NCBI RefSeq assembly: GCF_009834535.1
Contig: NC_045729.1
Coordinates: 18,600,001 to 18,664,000 of the forward strand
Origin: Camelus ferus
Lineage: Eukaryota
DNA: 64,000 nt
Reading direction: 5' to 3'
Positions 1 to 14,933 of the stretch are shown in pieces. The first letter of the stretch is position 1, and each line of letters opens with the position of its first letter. Position numbers and translations under genes: made by a program. The notes beneath the pieces were generated by a model. The model worked only from the letters and a program-made list of their open reading frames with translations. It was not told the origin of the DNA and did not search any database.

Positions 1-177
1 GTCTGGCTGAGCCGCTGCACTAGGCGGTTACTGGTCACTGTGGAAAGCGGTGCATCACCTTCTTTATCCATAAACTATAACTCTGGCCTGCACAGCCCCA
101 CTGTCATGGTTCAGAATGTTCTAGGGATTATCCAGAAAGTTGCTCTGCACCAGGGTGAGCACGCACCTCCACTATGG

Positions 178-311
178 ATTTTTTGGGGGGTGGAGGGGTG
201 GCAATTAGGTTTTATTTTCTTGTTTTTATTTTAATGGCCGTGCTGGGGATGGCACCCAGGACCTTGTGCACGCTAAGCACATCGCTCTCCCGCTGAGCTG
301 TTCCCTTCCCC
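178..311 (-). mobile_element. Vic-1-like camelid tRNA-derived SINE, full length
   Basis: Minus strand reads ggggaagggaacagctcagcgggagagc (A box) ...aggtcctgggtgccatcccc (B box), then an A-rich linker and the aaacctaattgcc...cccccc tail I recall for this family. Confidence 0.8.
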
Positions 312-2230
312 GCCGCACACACTGCTGTGGACCACGCATTTAGGGTACTGGTCAGTGAATGAGCCTTCCCCTCCCGCCCCTGCCCCCACTGCAGCCTTCA
401 GAAGTGCGTAACTGGCTTTCAGCTTTCCCCACTACGATGATACCTTCAGCCCTTTAATATGCTGACCCCACGGGGTCTCTGGTTTTCTCCAGGGTGGGGA
501 GGCGCCAGTGCTGGCCTGGCTGATGGAGACCAGAGACTCTGGTCTTGGTGGTCAGGAGACACTGGCCCTGGGACAAGCCCTTCTTAGGGGGGGGATTAGG
601 CAAGTCCCTTGCCCGCTCTGTGCACAGGTGAGAGGGGATCACTATCACCAGGGCCTCGGGAAGCGAATTAGCAGATTTTTAAATTTCGGTAGCACTGCCC
701 TAGCCCTGCCTCGTGCGTCCCCACTCAGCCCCAATGACAAGCTCCGCATTCCCAGGAAGGCTTTGCGGGGACGGTCCACGTGAACACGCTCTCAGGGCAG
801 GGGTGCTGCCTTGGCGCACTCACCTAACACGTGCTCAGAGCGAGCTACGAGCCACGCCCTGCTGGAGAAGCCAGAGGGCAGAGGCTACAGAGTGTGACCC
901 AGGGTGGCACAGGAGGGTGGAAATGCTCGGTGAGCGACAGCCCGTCCGCCATCGGGACCCTGTGTGGTTGTTTAAGAGGAGGCAGTGAGTGTCCCTGTGA
1001 GGCTGCGGCAGCATCTCCAAGACCCGCGGTTAAACAGACGAGGCTGTGGAGGGCGGTGCGCGCGGTATGAGCCCGACCTGTGTCTCTAAGACAGGTGCAG
1101 CCGCGCCTTGTCCTCCGGTTGTGGAAGACGCCACCAGCGGAGGCAGCTGGGGTGGGGCTCCCAGAACTCCATGTACTATTTTTGCAACTTCCTGTGACGC
1201 TGTAATTATTGCAAATGACAAGGAAGTGTGCGTAGGTAGACAGTCGCTCGTGCACACTGACGTTTGCTGAGAAGCTACCAGAGGCGTGCCTGGCGGTGTG
1301 AGCCTGTGAGGCACGGGACTGCGAGGGGCTCCCTTTGACTTTTCAGGCCCTTTTTCATATTTCATTGTTTTTTTTTGTCAGCGTGCACATACATTGCTTT
1401 AAACATCTCCATGACAGACGTAAGCACAGGGCGTCAGGGAGCTCCCAGCAGGACACGTAAGGACCTTGGCCCCAAAGGGAAGGAGAGTCGAGTAATACCC
1501 GCACAGGCAGGTGCAGCCTGCGCTGGAGGCGGCCTGGTGGGGAGGGGGGGGGAGGCGTTACAAACTGAACCGTGAGCCCCCAAAATCCGTGTGCTGGCCC
1601 CCGGACCCCCACTACCCCAGACCAGGACTGTATTGGAATAACGTCTTTCAAGAAGCGACCGAGTTAAGCCGAGGCCCTGCGGGTGGGCGCTGACCCAGTC
1701 TGGCCTGTGTCCTTAGAGAAGCAGGCAATCGGGACGCACGGAGAGACACCAGGGATGCGCAAGGAGGGAGGGCCGTGTGGGGCACGGCGAGGAGACGCCG
1801 TGCACAGGCCAAGGAGAGAGGCCGCGGGAGACACCTCCGGGGCCTCCGGACGGCGAGCGGTAAGTTCCTGTTGCCTGAGCCTCCCCCACACTAACCCTGC
1901 TCTGCGGCACAGCAGACCCACACAGGAGGGAAGGAGGCAGAGCAGACAGAGGCCCCCGGCCCCCGCAGCGCAGCCGGGGTCGGCGGCAGCCCAGGGCCTC
2001 GGGAAGCCCACGTGCGGGGAGCTACATGCGCTCCACGTGGCTGGGCCATGTGAGCGGTGGCAGCAGAGGGGTGATGGGGCGGAGGTCCCATCAAGGAGGG
2101 CGGTGAGAAGTGAGGCTGGGGAAGTGGCTGGATCGGGGTCATGGGACCCCCCCCCCCATTTACCAGGCTAAGGAATCTGGGCTTCGCGGTTACAGGCAGT
2201 GAGACGCTGCAGGAGTTTGGGAGCCTGTCA

Positions 2231-2932
<702 letters not shown>

Positions 2933-5900
2933 CTAGGGTGGAGTCTGCTCAGGCAGTGCTGCAAACAGATGTGAATCTGAACCTGAGGGCAACAGAATTA
3001 GGAAGGTGAGTCTGCATGGGTGGGGGCTAATGGGGGAGGGGAGAGAAGGGTTAATTAGACAGATCCTCCCTAAACCCAATCCGAACACTCTCAGAGTGGC
3101 CCCCTCAGCGTCACCAGTTCACCTAGCCGTCCCCATGGTGGGGTCCCCGGACGGCAGCAGCAGCATCTCCTGGGGGCAAGTTCCGAGGGGTGGGGTGGAG
3201 AGAGGGCATCTCACACCTGCTGCGTCAAAGCAGCATCTGTGGTTGTCAAGCCCTCCCAGTGACGCCCCTGGACCTGACCACCCATCTCCCCTCCACAGAC
3301 GGCCTCTCGTGTCATCTCAGAGGTGAGGACCACACAGTCACGGACTGAGCTGGGGGGAGCCTGCTGACCGTTCATCACCAGCCCGGACAGTTTAAAACAT
3401 AAAATGAAACGGGGAAATAAGAGGTGAGAATTTTTCAGTTCTAGCCAGGAATGGAAAACAAAAAGCACTAATAATTCAAACAGTTTCAGCTGGGAAGTGG
3501 CTGAAAGTTAATCTTGTGTGGGAGCAGGTGTAACCAGCAACGTTTTGCGATGCGCTGTTCTTCCTGTGCGAGGATGCTGACTGACGCTGGCCGGCGCTGG
3601 TGAGACGGGGCAAACCTTCCAAGACCCGGGAGGCCTCCAGACTGCTTTCAGTGGGGTCTAGGGAAGAACTTCCCATGGCTGGGCTGTGCGGCAGGGACCT
3701 CTGTCCTGCGTGAGCTCTGCACAAGCCAGACAGCTGCCTGTGCACCTGGGACACCTGTGCGCCTGGGACAGTTCCCAGGGTGCTCCTGAGACCCAGTGAT
3801 GGGAGACGTTGGGAACAAGCAGGAGAGAGGGGTCTCCTGGTAGGGAACCCAGAGCAGGAAAGAGACAAGGAGGCTTTAATCTCTACACATTTCTAGGATG
3901 AATAAAGAAAAAACTGATGCAAAGCATGCCAGGGCCTTCAAAGCCAAACCTTTCCTCCACAGGGTGGACAGAGGTGGAGATGTGGTCAAGGCAGCCGGCC
4001 AGACCGGAGTCCTGTTTCCGTGTGGGCTGGGCAGCTGTGACACCCTGGGGGCCTGCTCTGACCTGTGGGCTGGGAAGAGGGTGGGACTGCAGGGGTGGGG
4101 GGATGTGGGAGCCCTCAGTGATGTCACTTCAAATCCAAGCGATGCTTTGTGGCCCCGAGGACGAGGAGCAGGGACTATAGGAGCCCATCTGAGCTCGGCC
4201 AGGCTCCTTTCATCTCGGGACCGAGCGCAGGGAGTCCTCTGTTCTATGTCCCCTGTTAGTCTCGGCCACGCCCACACCTGGGGAATCTTTTTAGCCCCAG
4301 TATCTGTCAGTTCATGACGCTCGCCGTCCCTCCTGCCACGTGTCTGCAGGATCCCCCCGGCCCAACAACGCTTAGAGCAGCCGTGGTCAGCTGGGCCGTC
4401 CACCCGGCTCACAGCATCTGCACTCACTGACTTTTCCATCTCGCCTTCGTCAGGGCCAGCCCACCAGGCTCTGGGCTCTTTCCAAGGTCCCTGGCGCCTT
4501 CTGCCACCAGCCCAGCCTGCTCTTTCCACCCGACCTGTGCCTCATCTCAGTGGCCTCGCCACCTCTGCCCCTGTTTCCCTGTTAGACTGGAGCCCTTTGG
4601 AAGTGGGGGCTGGACACAAGTGAGCCCCTAACCCATCACTCTTCCCCTGACACTGTCCCAGCCTGACGACTCTCTTTCCCGTCCCCTCCCAAGGCCTCTC
4701 CTTCCCACCAACCGATGACTCTCCTTAAGACGCATTCAGACTATGCCGCTCCCTGGATGAAAACCTTCCGTGATTTTCTACAGCTTACCCAAGAATGCCC
4801 CAGCCTCTCGGCCTGGATGCAGAGAGGGAACAGGGAAGCTGGCCCTGTGACACATCCATACCTGGTCTCTCTCCCCGGTGTCCTCCCTTCACACCACCAG
4901 TGTCAGCGTGCACAAGCACGTGCACAAACGCACAACACCCCATCTATCGGGGACTCCATCTCTGCAGGGTCTCAGATGTCAGTCAACCAGACGTCGGCCT
5001 CCAATGCCACCGTGCTAGCTGACAGGGTTCACTGGGCCCTACAGACACGTGCATCTTAGTAGGGGCCTGGGAAGGCATGGATCGAAGGCTTCCAGACCAG
5101 GAGTAACAGAGCTATGCACTAAAACGGGGTGGCGGGGGCAGTGGGGCTTGTGGGGTGAGGCCCAGGCCATCCGTGCAGGTGGTCAGCTGCGGCTGAGCCT
5201 CGGGGACAGACAGGCCCTCTGGGTCAGGTCCCCCCTCAATGTCAGACCCAAAGTCTCCAGAGTCAGGTGTGCTCACCTGGTCCCCCGAGCCTGCCCCCCT
5301 TCGCTGGCAGGTTTCTTCTTTCACCGCTGCGGCAGCGGCAGCCCTGAGACCCCAGGGTGACCCCTGACTCGGCCCCAGGCCACCCCACCTGGCAGAGGGC
5401 CCTGCAGGCATCAGTGACTCAGGCGCCTGGCCGCTGCTCTGCTCACGGCTAAGGAATGTCACCGTGGATGTCTCCAAACAGAAGTCTGGTCAAAGCCGAG
5501 TCTTAATTATAATAAAGTGTCACGCGCCACATGGTTAATAGCGACGAAAATAGCAATTAAGTGTGTGAAGAAGGGCAAGTGTTTTCCCAACAGAGCCGGG
5601 GACGTTGCTGAGCGCACCAGCGGGAGCTGGCGGACAGCTCTCCTGGCCGCAGCGGCTCGCGGCCTTGTCCTTCTCGGGGAGCCAGGGAGAAAGGGGACGG
5701 CACGGCCCGACAGCACGGAGCTCCGGCCACCACACCCACCGCCCTGAGGGGTCCTCGGTGCCGGTGACTCACACCCCTCCTGCCATACGACTCCCCTGCC
5801 CCACACTGAGTTTGCGCCCAGGCTGCTCTCAGGTGTCACCAGGAGATACGCTTGCAGGTTCCTGGCTAGGGCAGCAGGGGAAGGAGGGAGAGCAGTGTGG

Positions 5901-6546
5901 CCTGGGGGACAGAGCCGGCCAGTCCTAGACGGGCCAGCAGTGAGGTGGCCACACCTGCAGGTCAGGGGCAGAAAGCCCCCCGGGCCCAAGCACGTGGAAG
6001 GAATTTTAACCCCACTACTTGCAGGCGTCTCAGGTCACCTGCCGCGGCCATGTGTCCTTTCGGCAAATCAGTCGCACAGGCGATTTCTGCTTAGACCACA
6101 GTATGTGCAGCCGTGTTTTGCACGGCAGGTGAGTTGTTCGGGGGTGTACTTCCCTGGTTTTGTTGGGGGTGCCAGGAGGGGGCAGCTTCGGGGACAGAGG
6201 GGCTGGGGGAAGAAAAAGAAGGACGTCTCTTGTGATCAGTCCTGCCCATCAGAACAGGCTGAGCTGGGAAGCGGCAAAGCCCTGTCAGGGAGGGGCCGGG
6301 GCTTGAACTTGGGGCCGAACCCCCACGGCAGGACGTCACAAAAGGGAGGCAGCCCCTGATGGGACCCGTGCGCGGTTCTGCGGGCTCTGCTTGTCCTCCG
6401 AGGTCCCCTCTGAAGGCAGCAGTGACAGGCGGTGCTTCTTCTCAGGGGGACTGTGACGCGGGACGAGGGACCGTTTGCGTCAGTCCTGCGGGGACCTCCC
6501 CTCACCCCAGCAGCCCTGGGCTCTTCCTCCTCATCCTCTGTGGGGC

Positions 6547-6614
6547 TTTTTCGGAGGGGGCAATTAGGTTTATTTTTTTTTTAATTTAACAGAGATACTG
6601 GGGATCAAACCCAG
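6547..6614 (-). mobile_element. 5'-truncated Vic-1-like SINE
   Basis: Minus strand ctgggtttgatccccagtatctc (B box), A-run, aaacctaattgccccc; same tail as the copy at 178-311. Confidence 0.7.
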
Positions 6615-6980
6615 ATTCTCTGGTTAAAGTATAAACTTGAAACATGTGAATCTGGTATCTTTCTAGACTTTAAAAAAACAGTCAAATATCAACAGTTTTC
6701 CACCATTTGGCAGGAGAGATTAGCGTCTATAAATGCAAATACTTAGGAAAAAAGACCAGAAAGATCAATCTAACGTGCGGACAGTGGTCCCCCCACCTCT
6801 ACGCCACACCGCCCCCACCCCCCTGCACCACCACGGGACACGCACTGACCCCACCCCCTGCCAGCTGTGCCACCGTGGAGTCCAGCGGCGCTCTCTCCAC
6901 GCCTCTGCTCAGCGACTCTGCCTACTTCTGACTGGCCACCGTGCGCTGCCAGAGGCTCTGGCCAAAGCGGCTGTGCCTCA

Positions 6981-7328
<348 letters not shown>

Positions 7329-7384
7329 TCACCTGCTGGAGAGCTTCACAACCTGCTACAGGCTCAGCCACACCGTCTCATTTG

Positions 7385-7480
7385 TACATGGTTTATGGTT
7401 AGGAAACGTAAACCTCAGAGAGGCTGAGAAACTTCCCCAAGGGCACACAGCTACAATGCCGCAGGGCCAGGGTTAGCGCT
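7385..7480 (-). mobile_element. MIR core fragment
   Basis: aacctcagagaggctgagaaacttccccaagggcacacagct. Confidence 0.7.
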
Positions 7481-8936
7481 GGACTAGTCAAATTTCTGCC
7501 TCTTCCGTACCTCCTCTCCAGCCCCCTCGCTGAGCCTCAGAGTCTCCTATGAACTCTCTTCCCTGCTGTCCACAATTCTATTTCGGTACCTTTGCTCCAG
7601 CCATTCCCCACGCTCATCTCTCTCCCTCCTCCCATCCCTGCCAGCGGAAACTTTCATGCAGCCGAAAGGAACACAGGCTTTCAGTGAAACAGGCTGTAGC
7701 TGGATTCTCAGCACCACCACTTACTGGTCGGCTCTCAGGCAAATCTGCTAACCTCTCTGAACCTCCGCTTTCTCTACTGCAAAATGCAAGGCTGGCGGGG
7801 GAGTGGGGGGAGGGGGCCAGGAGAGGCTTTGCCTTTCTCAGGCACCATGATGTTCTCACTAAGGATCCATCCTGTAAGACATATCCCCCCGGGGAGGGGC
7901 ACGAAGCATCTCAGCAGTGCTCCTTGGCCTCTTGGAACTGTTCATAAGATTTAAGAGGGGGACAGATTCAGGGTGCAGGGTTGGTGAATGAACAAATGCA
8001 AATCTGATGGTCCAAGACCACCTTTTAAATGATGGTATCATTGCTGTCACTCACTGATCACCTAGCCCAGGCCAGAGTCTTCATTTACTCTACCCAGCGA
8101 CCCCATGAGGATGCTTGTATATGACAGACGAGAAAACGGGGGCCTCAGAAGCTGGCACCTGACCCACACACAGTATCTGGCCCAATACCCCACGTCAGGG
8201 AAACCCTGGAGCAAAGGCTCAAACCCAGCTGTGCCCTAACCCTTCGGCTGTGCAGACCCAGCTGTGACAGCAGCTCTCAATGCCGTTTCCTCTCCCCGCA
8301 ATGCAGATGGTGACTGAGCAGAGTCTTCAGTCACTGGGCAGCTGAATCTCACTTGTCTGTTCATTCAGAGGGGCTTAAAATGCATTGAAATAGAGATGCT
8401 TTTCTCTAAAATCTTAGAGCGTTAAGTTTTTTGTTTTTAACGTTCACTAAACAAATGGTACCTTCAGAAACTTGGGTCCCCGTGTGTGTTTAGGAGAGGA
8501 GAGTGTGAGGAGGGAGGTGTGAATGGTCAGGGAACACTGTGCTCCTTCCACTCCGATTCTTTTCTAAGGCATACAAAGACCTTCCTCAGGGAGAAGAGGC
8601 CAAGAAAATAATCACCTCCCAGAGGGTGAGCGCTTGTGAAATCCTGGCTGTGGGATAAGATGCCAATCAGATCCCATTGTATACCCGAGGCTGGTGCCAA
8701 ATTCCCAGCTGAGCCTGCCTACGTTTGGTGGCAACAGTACGTGCTTTGGAGAAGACCCCCTTCTAGAATCTGGAAATAGCTATGTGTGCGCCCCCCAATA
8801 AAACATGCCCCCAAACACGCCGCCTTTGTTTAAAACTCTTCCTCAAGAGATCTGCAGCCACGCATCTGCTCTTTCCCTCTGGGCTCTGCCTTAAATTAAG
8901 GTTCAGGGCAAGGGTTGGGCAAATATCTAAGAGTCT

Positions 8937-9180
8937 ATGTGTGTAATGGTTAAAGTCCTGAGCTTTGGGCTTCAAACCTGGGCTTTGCTGCTCATTTGCT
9001 GTGCAACCTTAGGCAAGCTTTTACCCTCTCAAAGAGTTGGCTGCTTCTTCTTTAAAGTGGAGATAATGATAATTACAGTGACTCTGTAGGGCTGTTGTGG
9101 GGGTTACATGTGATGATACATGGAAGGTACACAGGACAGGGCCTGGCACGTGGGAAACTCTGGGACAGCACAGATGCTAT
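8937..9180 (+). mobile_element. MIR SINE, near full length
   Basis: gtaatggttaaagtcctgagc...gctgtgcaaccttaggcaag...aaagtggagataatgat...gggcctggcacgtgggaaactc. Confidence 0.8.
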
Positions 9181-9283
9181 CCTTACGTGGTCTGGGCACT
9201 GGCTTTGCTACCCCCCAGGTGATATGACCTCAGCAGATCAGTCCCCTTCTCTCTGGCTTGTTTGTACAGTGAGGAGTTTGGTT

Positions 9284-9440
9284 CAGTGGTTCTGTGTTCC
9301 AGGATCAGCAGGGACACTTTGAAAAATGCAGATTCCTGGACCACAACCAGACCTACTGAATCAGAATCTTCATATCTGAGGAACCCAGGAAGCTGGGATT
9401 TTCAAATCTATATAGGCAATTCCAACCAGGGTCTGGAAGC
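9284..9440. mobile_element. MER5A-like hAT-Charlie DNA transposon relic
   Basis: aaaaatgcagattcctggaccacaaccagacctactgaatcagaatct is a hallmark MER5A segment. Confidence 0.8.
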
Positions 9441-10029
9441 CCTTGGTCTACACGGTCCTTAAAGCCCCTTTCAGTCTGGTTTTCACATGGGGAGCTTAAC
9501 ATCTCTTGGCCATTGTGGAAGCTTCCCATCCTCTCCCAACCACGGGACCTCTCCTTCTGTTCCCTCAGCACCTATATAGAATATCTGGCATAACACAGGT
9601 CCGTGGGTGATGCTTTTTTAACTGAAATTTATTCCCGAACATTTAATGCCTGCACTGCTTCACAAAGCCTGGTGTTTTAGTCACCTTCTCGGGGGTTAAT
9701 TCATGTCTTATCTCCTCAGCTAGACTGCCCCACTTTCAGAACAGTAGATTTTTTTCACTCCATTCTGCTGACCATTCATTTCCCACTAGCTTCTTTACCA
9801 TAAGTAGAGCAGGGATGGGAGAGGAGGCACATGGAGGGTATTAATCTTCTGCTGCAATTCTGTCTTGTCCACTGAATGAGTGAATGGGGGGTGAGGGTCA
9901 TCATACACCAGGAAATATTATTAGTATTCTGGGGGTTAAAAAAATAACATCAGAAGGACCTATGAAATTTAGTGTATGGATTAAAACAAACTCTTGAAAA
10001 GGACCACACTATCATGTGATGGATGTAAC

Positions 10030-10515
10030 AATAGCAACAGCAAAGCCAGGGCCTACTGTAACTACAGACTAGATGGGCTAGAACCTCTGCTTTAAAAGCC
10101 CGGCAGAGGAAAAGGCGTGCTCCTTTCTGGGCATGGATCAGTCATCTGCCTCTACAGTTCAGCATTACTCACAATGTCCAGCATTCATTAAAAAATTACA
10201 AGACACAAGGAAAAGAAAGGAAAATGTGACCCTCATCAAAAGAAAAAAATAGTCAATAGAACCAGACTCAGAGCTCAGATGCTGTCATTATCTAACAGAG
10301 ACATTAAAGTACCTGTAACAAATATTTTTAAAAATCTAGTGGGGAAACAATATGAACAGGTGGAGAATTTCATCTGTGAGATGCAAACTATAAGAAAGAG
10401 CCAATGGAAATGCTGGAAATGAAAATCACATTATTGAAGATGAATAATTCTTTCAATGAGCTTATGAGCAGAATGGATATATCAGAGGAGACAATAAACC
10501 TGAAAACGAAAGCAG
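10030..10515 (+). mobile_element. Old L1M fragment (5' and ORF1 region)
   Basis: A-rich degenerate ORF1-like sequence (gaaatgctggaaatgaaaatcac...ttcaatgagcttatgagcagaatggat); boundaries approximate. Confidence 0.65.
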
Positions 10516-11298
10516 GAACATGAAATCCCGGAAAACAGGTCTCACTCTTCATTGGAGGGAACTTGTAGCAGCATCCTCCCTCCCCACCCTGGTCCCAGAA
10601 ACGCGGGTTTCTCTGCTAGAGCTGGTGAAGCTGCCTGGGAGGACAACAGAGCATGTGCCACAGGTGCCACCGACAGTTTCTCCTCTAGACACAAAGGAAG
10701 GTGTGTATCTAGTTTCATACATTATAGGCTTTTAGATCAAAGTCAGTTCCTTGTATAAAATAGGCTAGAGCCAGAAAATAGATGTCGAGGAGGTGGCGGA
10801 GGAGGAACCATGGACAGCTCCTGAGCCCTCGGCAAAGTCCTGCCCTTCAACACCCACCCCCCCAGCCCCATCCCCACCCCCACCCCCACCCCGGCTGACT
10901 CTACACCAGGGGCCACTTGTCATCATCTCATCAGCTGGGAAGCTGGTGCCCAACCTCTAACTCTCAGCAGGCTGCACATCCACGTACTGGGTGAAAAATC
11001 AAGTAGGGTATCTCCCAATTTTTTTCCAATTTTGAAATTCTAGAAATCTCTAGAGTTCTAGAGTAAAAAAAATTTCTTTAACGACTGCTCCTGTCACAGG
11101 GTTAAACCCTACACCTGGCATGTTCCTCTGCTGGTTTACTTCTGTTTCTTCCTTAATTTTCTCATTCATTCATTCACTCAACAAAATTCGGTGCTGTGAG
11201 CCTCGAACATGCCAACCAGGTCTCTCTAAGTGTTCTTTAGTAGTTGATGAGCAAATTGAGGGCAGGTTCTGTATTTCACACATTCTTGTGCAGTTGAC

Positions 11299-11351
11299 AA
11301 AAGGGAGGAGGGGAGAGGAGGGGGAGGGAGGAAGGGAGAGGAGAAGAGGAG
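11299..11351 (+). repeat. 53-nt pure polypurine tract
   Basis: Only A and G from 11299 to 11351. Confidence 0.9.
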
Positions 11352-12886
11352 TGGGTGAGGAAGGAGGGAAGAAAGTGTTTTCCTAACAATTTCCTTTCTG
11401 AAAGGGACCCAGCATGTCTCTGTCTCCTGCTCCACTGTAAGACATTTCTTTTTCAGCTGGTTCTTCGGCCAACTGAAATTTGCTTACAAATGTTCCCATA
11501 GCAACCAGCAACCTTTCTGCATTTACTTTTCTTTTTTTTTTTTTTTAATTTTGCTTTTACTTTTGATTTAGAACACAGAGAAACCAAAGTCTGTTTATTT
11601 AAAACAGATTTCTAAATGGGCTTGCTTCCTTTACTAAAAACAAAAACAGATCTTTAAAAAAAATGTTTAAATGGAAAACAAGAACATTTTAAATAAATTT
11701 TAAAGGTGTGTTTGATTTACGTTTTTTTAGGCACTGACAGACACTGCAGAGCAAGCATCCCACAAGGAACAGTGGGGCTGACTTTTAATTTTTTTTCTTT
11801 CCCAGAATGCACAAAAATTGCAAAGCGGTGGGGGCAAGACTCTGTCACATGCCGTCCAGTCCTAGGCCAGCACCTGAGCCCATCAGGACCAGCCCAGTCC
11901 ACATCACAAGGTGCATGAGCCCAGGGCTCCTGAGCAGGATTCCGTGCAAGGAGGAGGGTGAGGTATGTTTGCTTTTAAACCATGAGGAAGTTCCTGAAAG
12001 AGCTGTGCAGAGGGTCGGAGCTCAATAAATATTTAGTACGCGTGAGAACAAAGAATGTGCCTGAAGGTTCTCCTCCAAACGCGATTTATACAGTTACGGC
12101 AAGAACTCCAAAAGCAGCCTTACGACACAGCTCCAGGGTGAAATATGTCCTACTTACATATGCATTTGATCAGTGTTCGCTGCTGAGCTGGTGAGATCTG
12201 CCACGAGAGCACACCTGTCCCGGATGAGCCACTGGAGGCCACCAAGCTCAGCAGTCAGCTCAGTTGCCAAAGCCGCGAGCAGGAAGGGGCTCGGTGACAG
12301 CTCGGAGACTAGACCCAGGCTGGTGCATGTAGCGCCAAGAACTGCCCTGTCCCCTGATCACATCCTCCTACCTAATCCTCGAGACAAGTCTAGAGGGTGG
12401 GGAATGTTCTCTGGAGCCGAGGTGCAGTGGTGTTTAATTTGCTCACGGTTCCCCCATAGGACTGGAACCCAGGGCTGGCAGGCTTCACAACACGCTCATC
12501 TAACCTCGGCCACCTTACCTCCCTTGGTTTATCGAATATTGGAAATGACGCCAGATTGGCTGGAGGCAGAGGGCACACAGCCTCAAACAACTGTCCCATC
12601 TCTGTCTTCTCCTGACCCCAGCTCTGAACGCCATGCGTTGAGTTTATATTTCCAGGAGGAGGTAAACAGACACACACACTAATGCACTCCTTCTGGGAAT
12701 CCCTCCAGCAGAATCAACTGCAGGGGCCAGAAGACAACATCTCGACAGCAGAATCTAGAGAGGGTCCCAGGTCAACTCCTCCAGAGGCACAGCCGCTGTG
12801 GCCACAGACCAGCCACTAAGCCCCACCCCTCTGAAGTGCTTCCCGCCCCAAATGTGCAATAAGAAAAAAGAAAAAGAGCCCAACAG

Positions 12887-13090
12887 NNNNNNNNNNNNNN
12901 NNNNNNNNNNNNNNNNNNNNNNNNNNNNNNNNNNNNNNNNNNNNNNNNNNNNNNNNNNNNNNNNNNNNNNNNNNNNNNNNNNNNNNNNNNNNNNNNNNNN
13001 NNNNNNNNNNNNNNNNNNNNNNNNNNNNNNNNNNNNNNNNNNNNNNNNNNNNNNNNNNNNNNNNNNNNNNNNNNNNNNNNNNNNNNNNNN
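12887..13090. other. Assembly gap (204 N), probable location of PRMT8 exon 6
   Basis: N run seen directly. Exon 5 ends in phase 0 and exon 7 starts in phase 1, so a 3n+1 exon is required; its expected peptide [30 protein letters not shown] was not found between 7208 and 13588. Confidence 0.85.
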
Positions 13091-13525
13091 CCTTGCCAAC
13101 ACTTCTCATGCAGCAGGCTGCCACGCGGCCAGGGTGAGGGCTGGGCTGGGACGCTCGGTTTTCATTTCAGTACAAGAAAAAATTCAAGGGACTGAGGTGG
13201 GGGTCAATAGAACAAGTAGGGGGGGCAGAGGTAGGCCCAGTGGAAGATGTTTTGACTTTTTAGCCTGGAGAAGCCAAGGTGGAAAGCACACTGGGCTCCC
13301 TGGCAATCCTGCAGGTCCCTGGTACTTGCTGACCAGATCAGACTTTGGACAACAGAGAGTGGTTGTCAATTAGAGCCCCAGAGGCCAAAGCTAGACCTAA
13401 GCACACTGTGGCAGCTAGACGTGGAGACCTGGGGACAGTCACCGTGTCCCCAGGAGCAGGTCTGATTTCAAGAGAGGGGTCTGGAAGCGGTGACCCTCTA
13501 GCCCCAGCCCCCTCTGAAGTCCTCA

Positions 13526-13840
<315 letters not shown>

Positions 13841-14285
13841 CTAGGATGGGACATACCTCTCCCTTCATTCACACTAAGAGAGTCGAGAACTCCTCGCAAG
13901 TTTTCCCCCTAAGATGCACTGAGCAGTGACCGGCCTGGGACCGCACTAAGCCCGTGACAGGCACCCTGTCGTGGGATCCTCCCAACAAGTCTTTGAGGCA
14001 AACGTGCTTCATCCAGAACCTTTAAGGGAAGCGAGGCTTAGAGAGGTTAAATGATGACACGGAAACAGAGCCCAGTCTGATAAGCTACACTCTCATGCTT
14101 TTATCAACCTCCCCCCACCCCAACAAGGCTACTGTGACGATTCAGACCAGAGAAGCCAGGGAGGCCGCCTCTGCTGCCCTTGCATCTCCTCAGGCCGGGC
14201 TCAGCCCCAGGGGGTGCCTATCTAGTGCTGGAGGGAAAGGCAACCTGGCTGGTGTGGGCTGTGCACTCAAGAAACCAGGGTTGAA

Positions 14286-14933
14286 CTCCTGGGCATATAT
14301 CCAGAAGGAACTCTAATTCAAAAAGGTACATGCACCCCAATGTTCATAGCAGCACTATGTACAATAGCCAAGACATGGAAGCAACCTAAATGTCCATCGA
14401 CAGATGACTGGATAAAGAAGGTGTGGTGTGTTTATACAATGGAATACTACTCAGCCATAAAAAATGATAAAGTAATGCCATTGCAGCAACCCAGATGGAC
14501 CTGGAGATTGTCATTCTAAGTGAAGTAAGCCAGAAAGAGAAAAAAATACCATATGAGATCACTCATATGTGGAATCTAAAAAATTAAAAAAGAGGACACT
14601 AATGAACTCATCTACAAAACAGAAACAGACTTGCCAACATCGTAAATAATCTTACGGTTACTGGAGGGAAGGGGTGGGAAGAGAGAAATTTAAGAGTTTG
14701 AGATTTACAAATGTTAACGACTATATACAAAAATATATAAAAAACAAATTTCTTCTGTGTAGCATAGGGAACTATATTCAATATCTTATAATAACCTTTA
14801 ATGAAAAAGAATATAAAAACAAATATATGTGTATATGTATATATATAACTGGGACATTATGCTGTACACCAAAAATTGACACATTGTAACTGACTATACT
14901 TCAATCAAAAAAATAATAAATTTAAAAGAAAAA
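14286..14933 (+). mobile_element. Young 5'-truncated L1 (ORF2 3' end plus 3'UTR), inserted into a MIR
   Basis: Typical L1 sequence atgttcatagcagcactatgtacaatagccaagacatggaagcaacctaaatgtccatc, A-rich tail, and a 17-bp TSD with one mismatch (aagaaaccagggttgaa 14269-14285; aagaaacctgggttgaa 14934-14950). Confidence 0.92.

Noticed and set aside
8560-8930. Possible solo LTR or poly(A) site (aataaa near 8797)
   Set aside because: No clear TG...CA ends or TSD, and I could not assign a family from memory.
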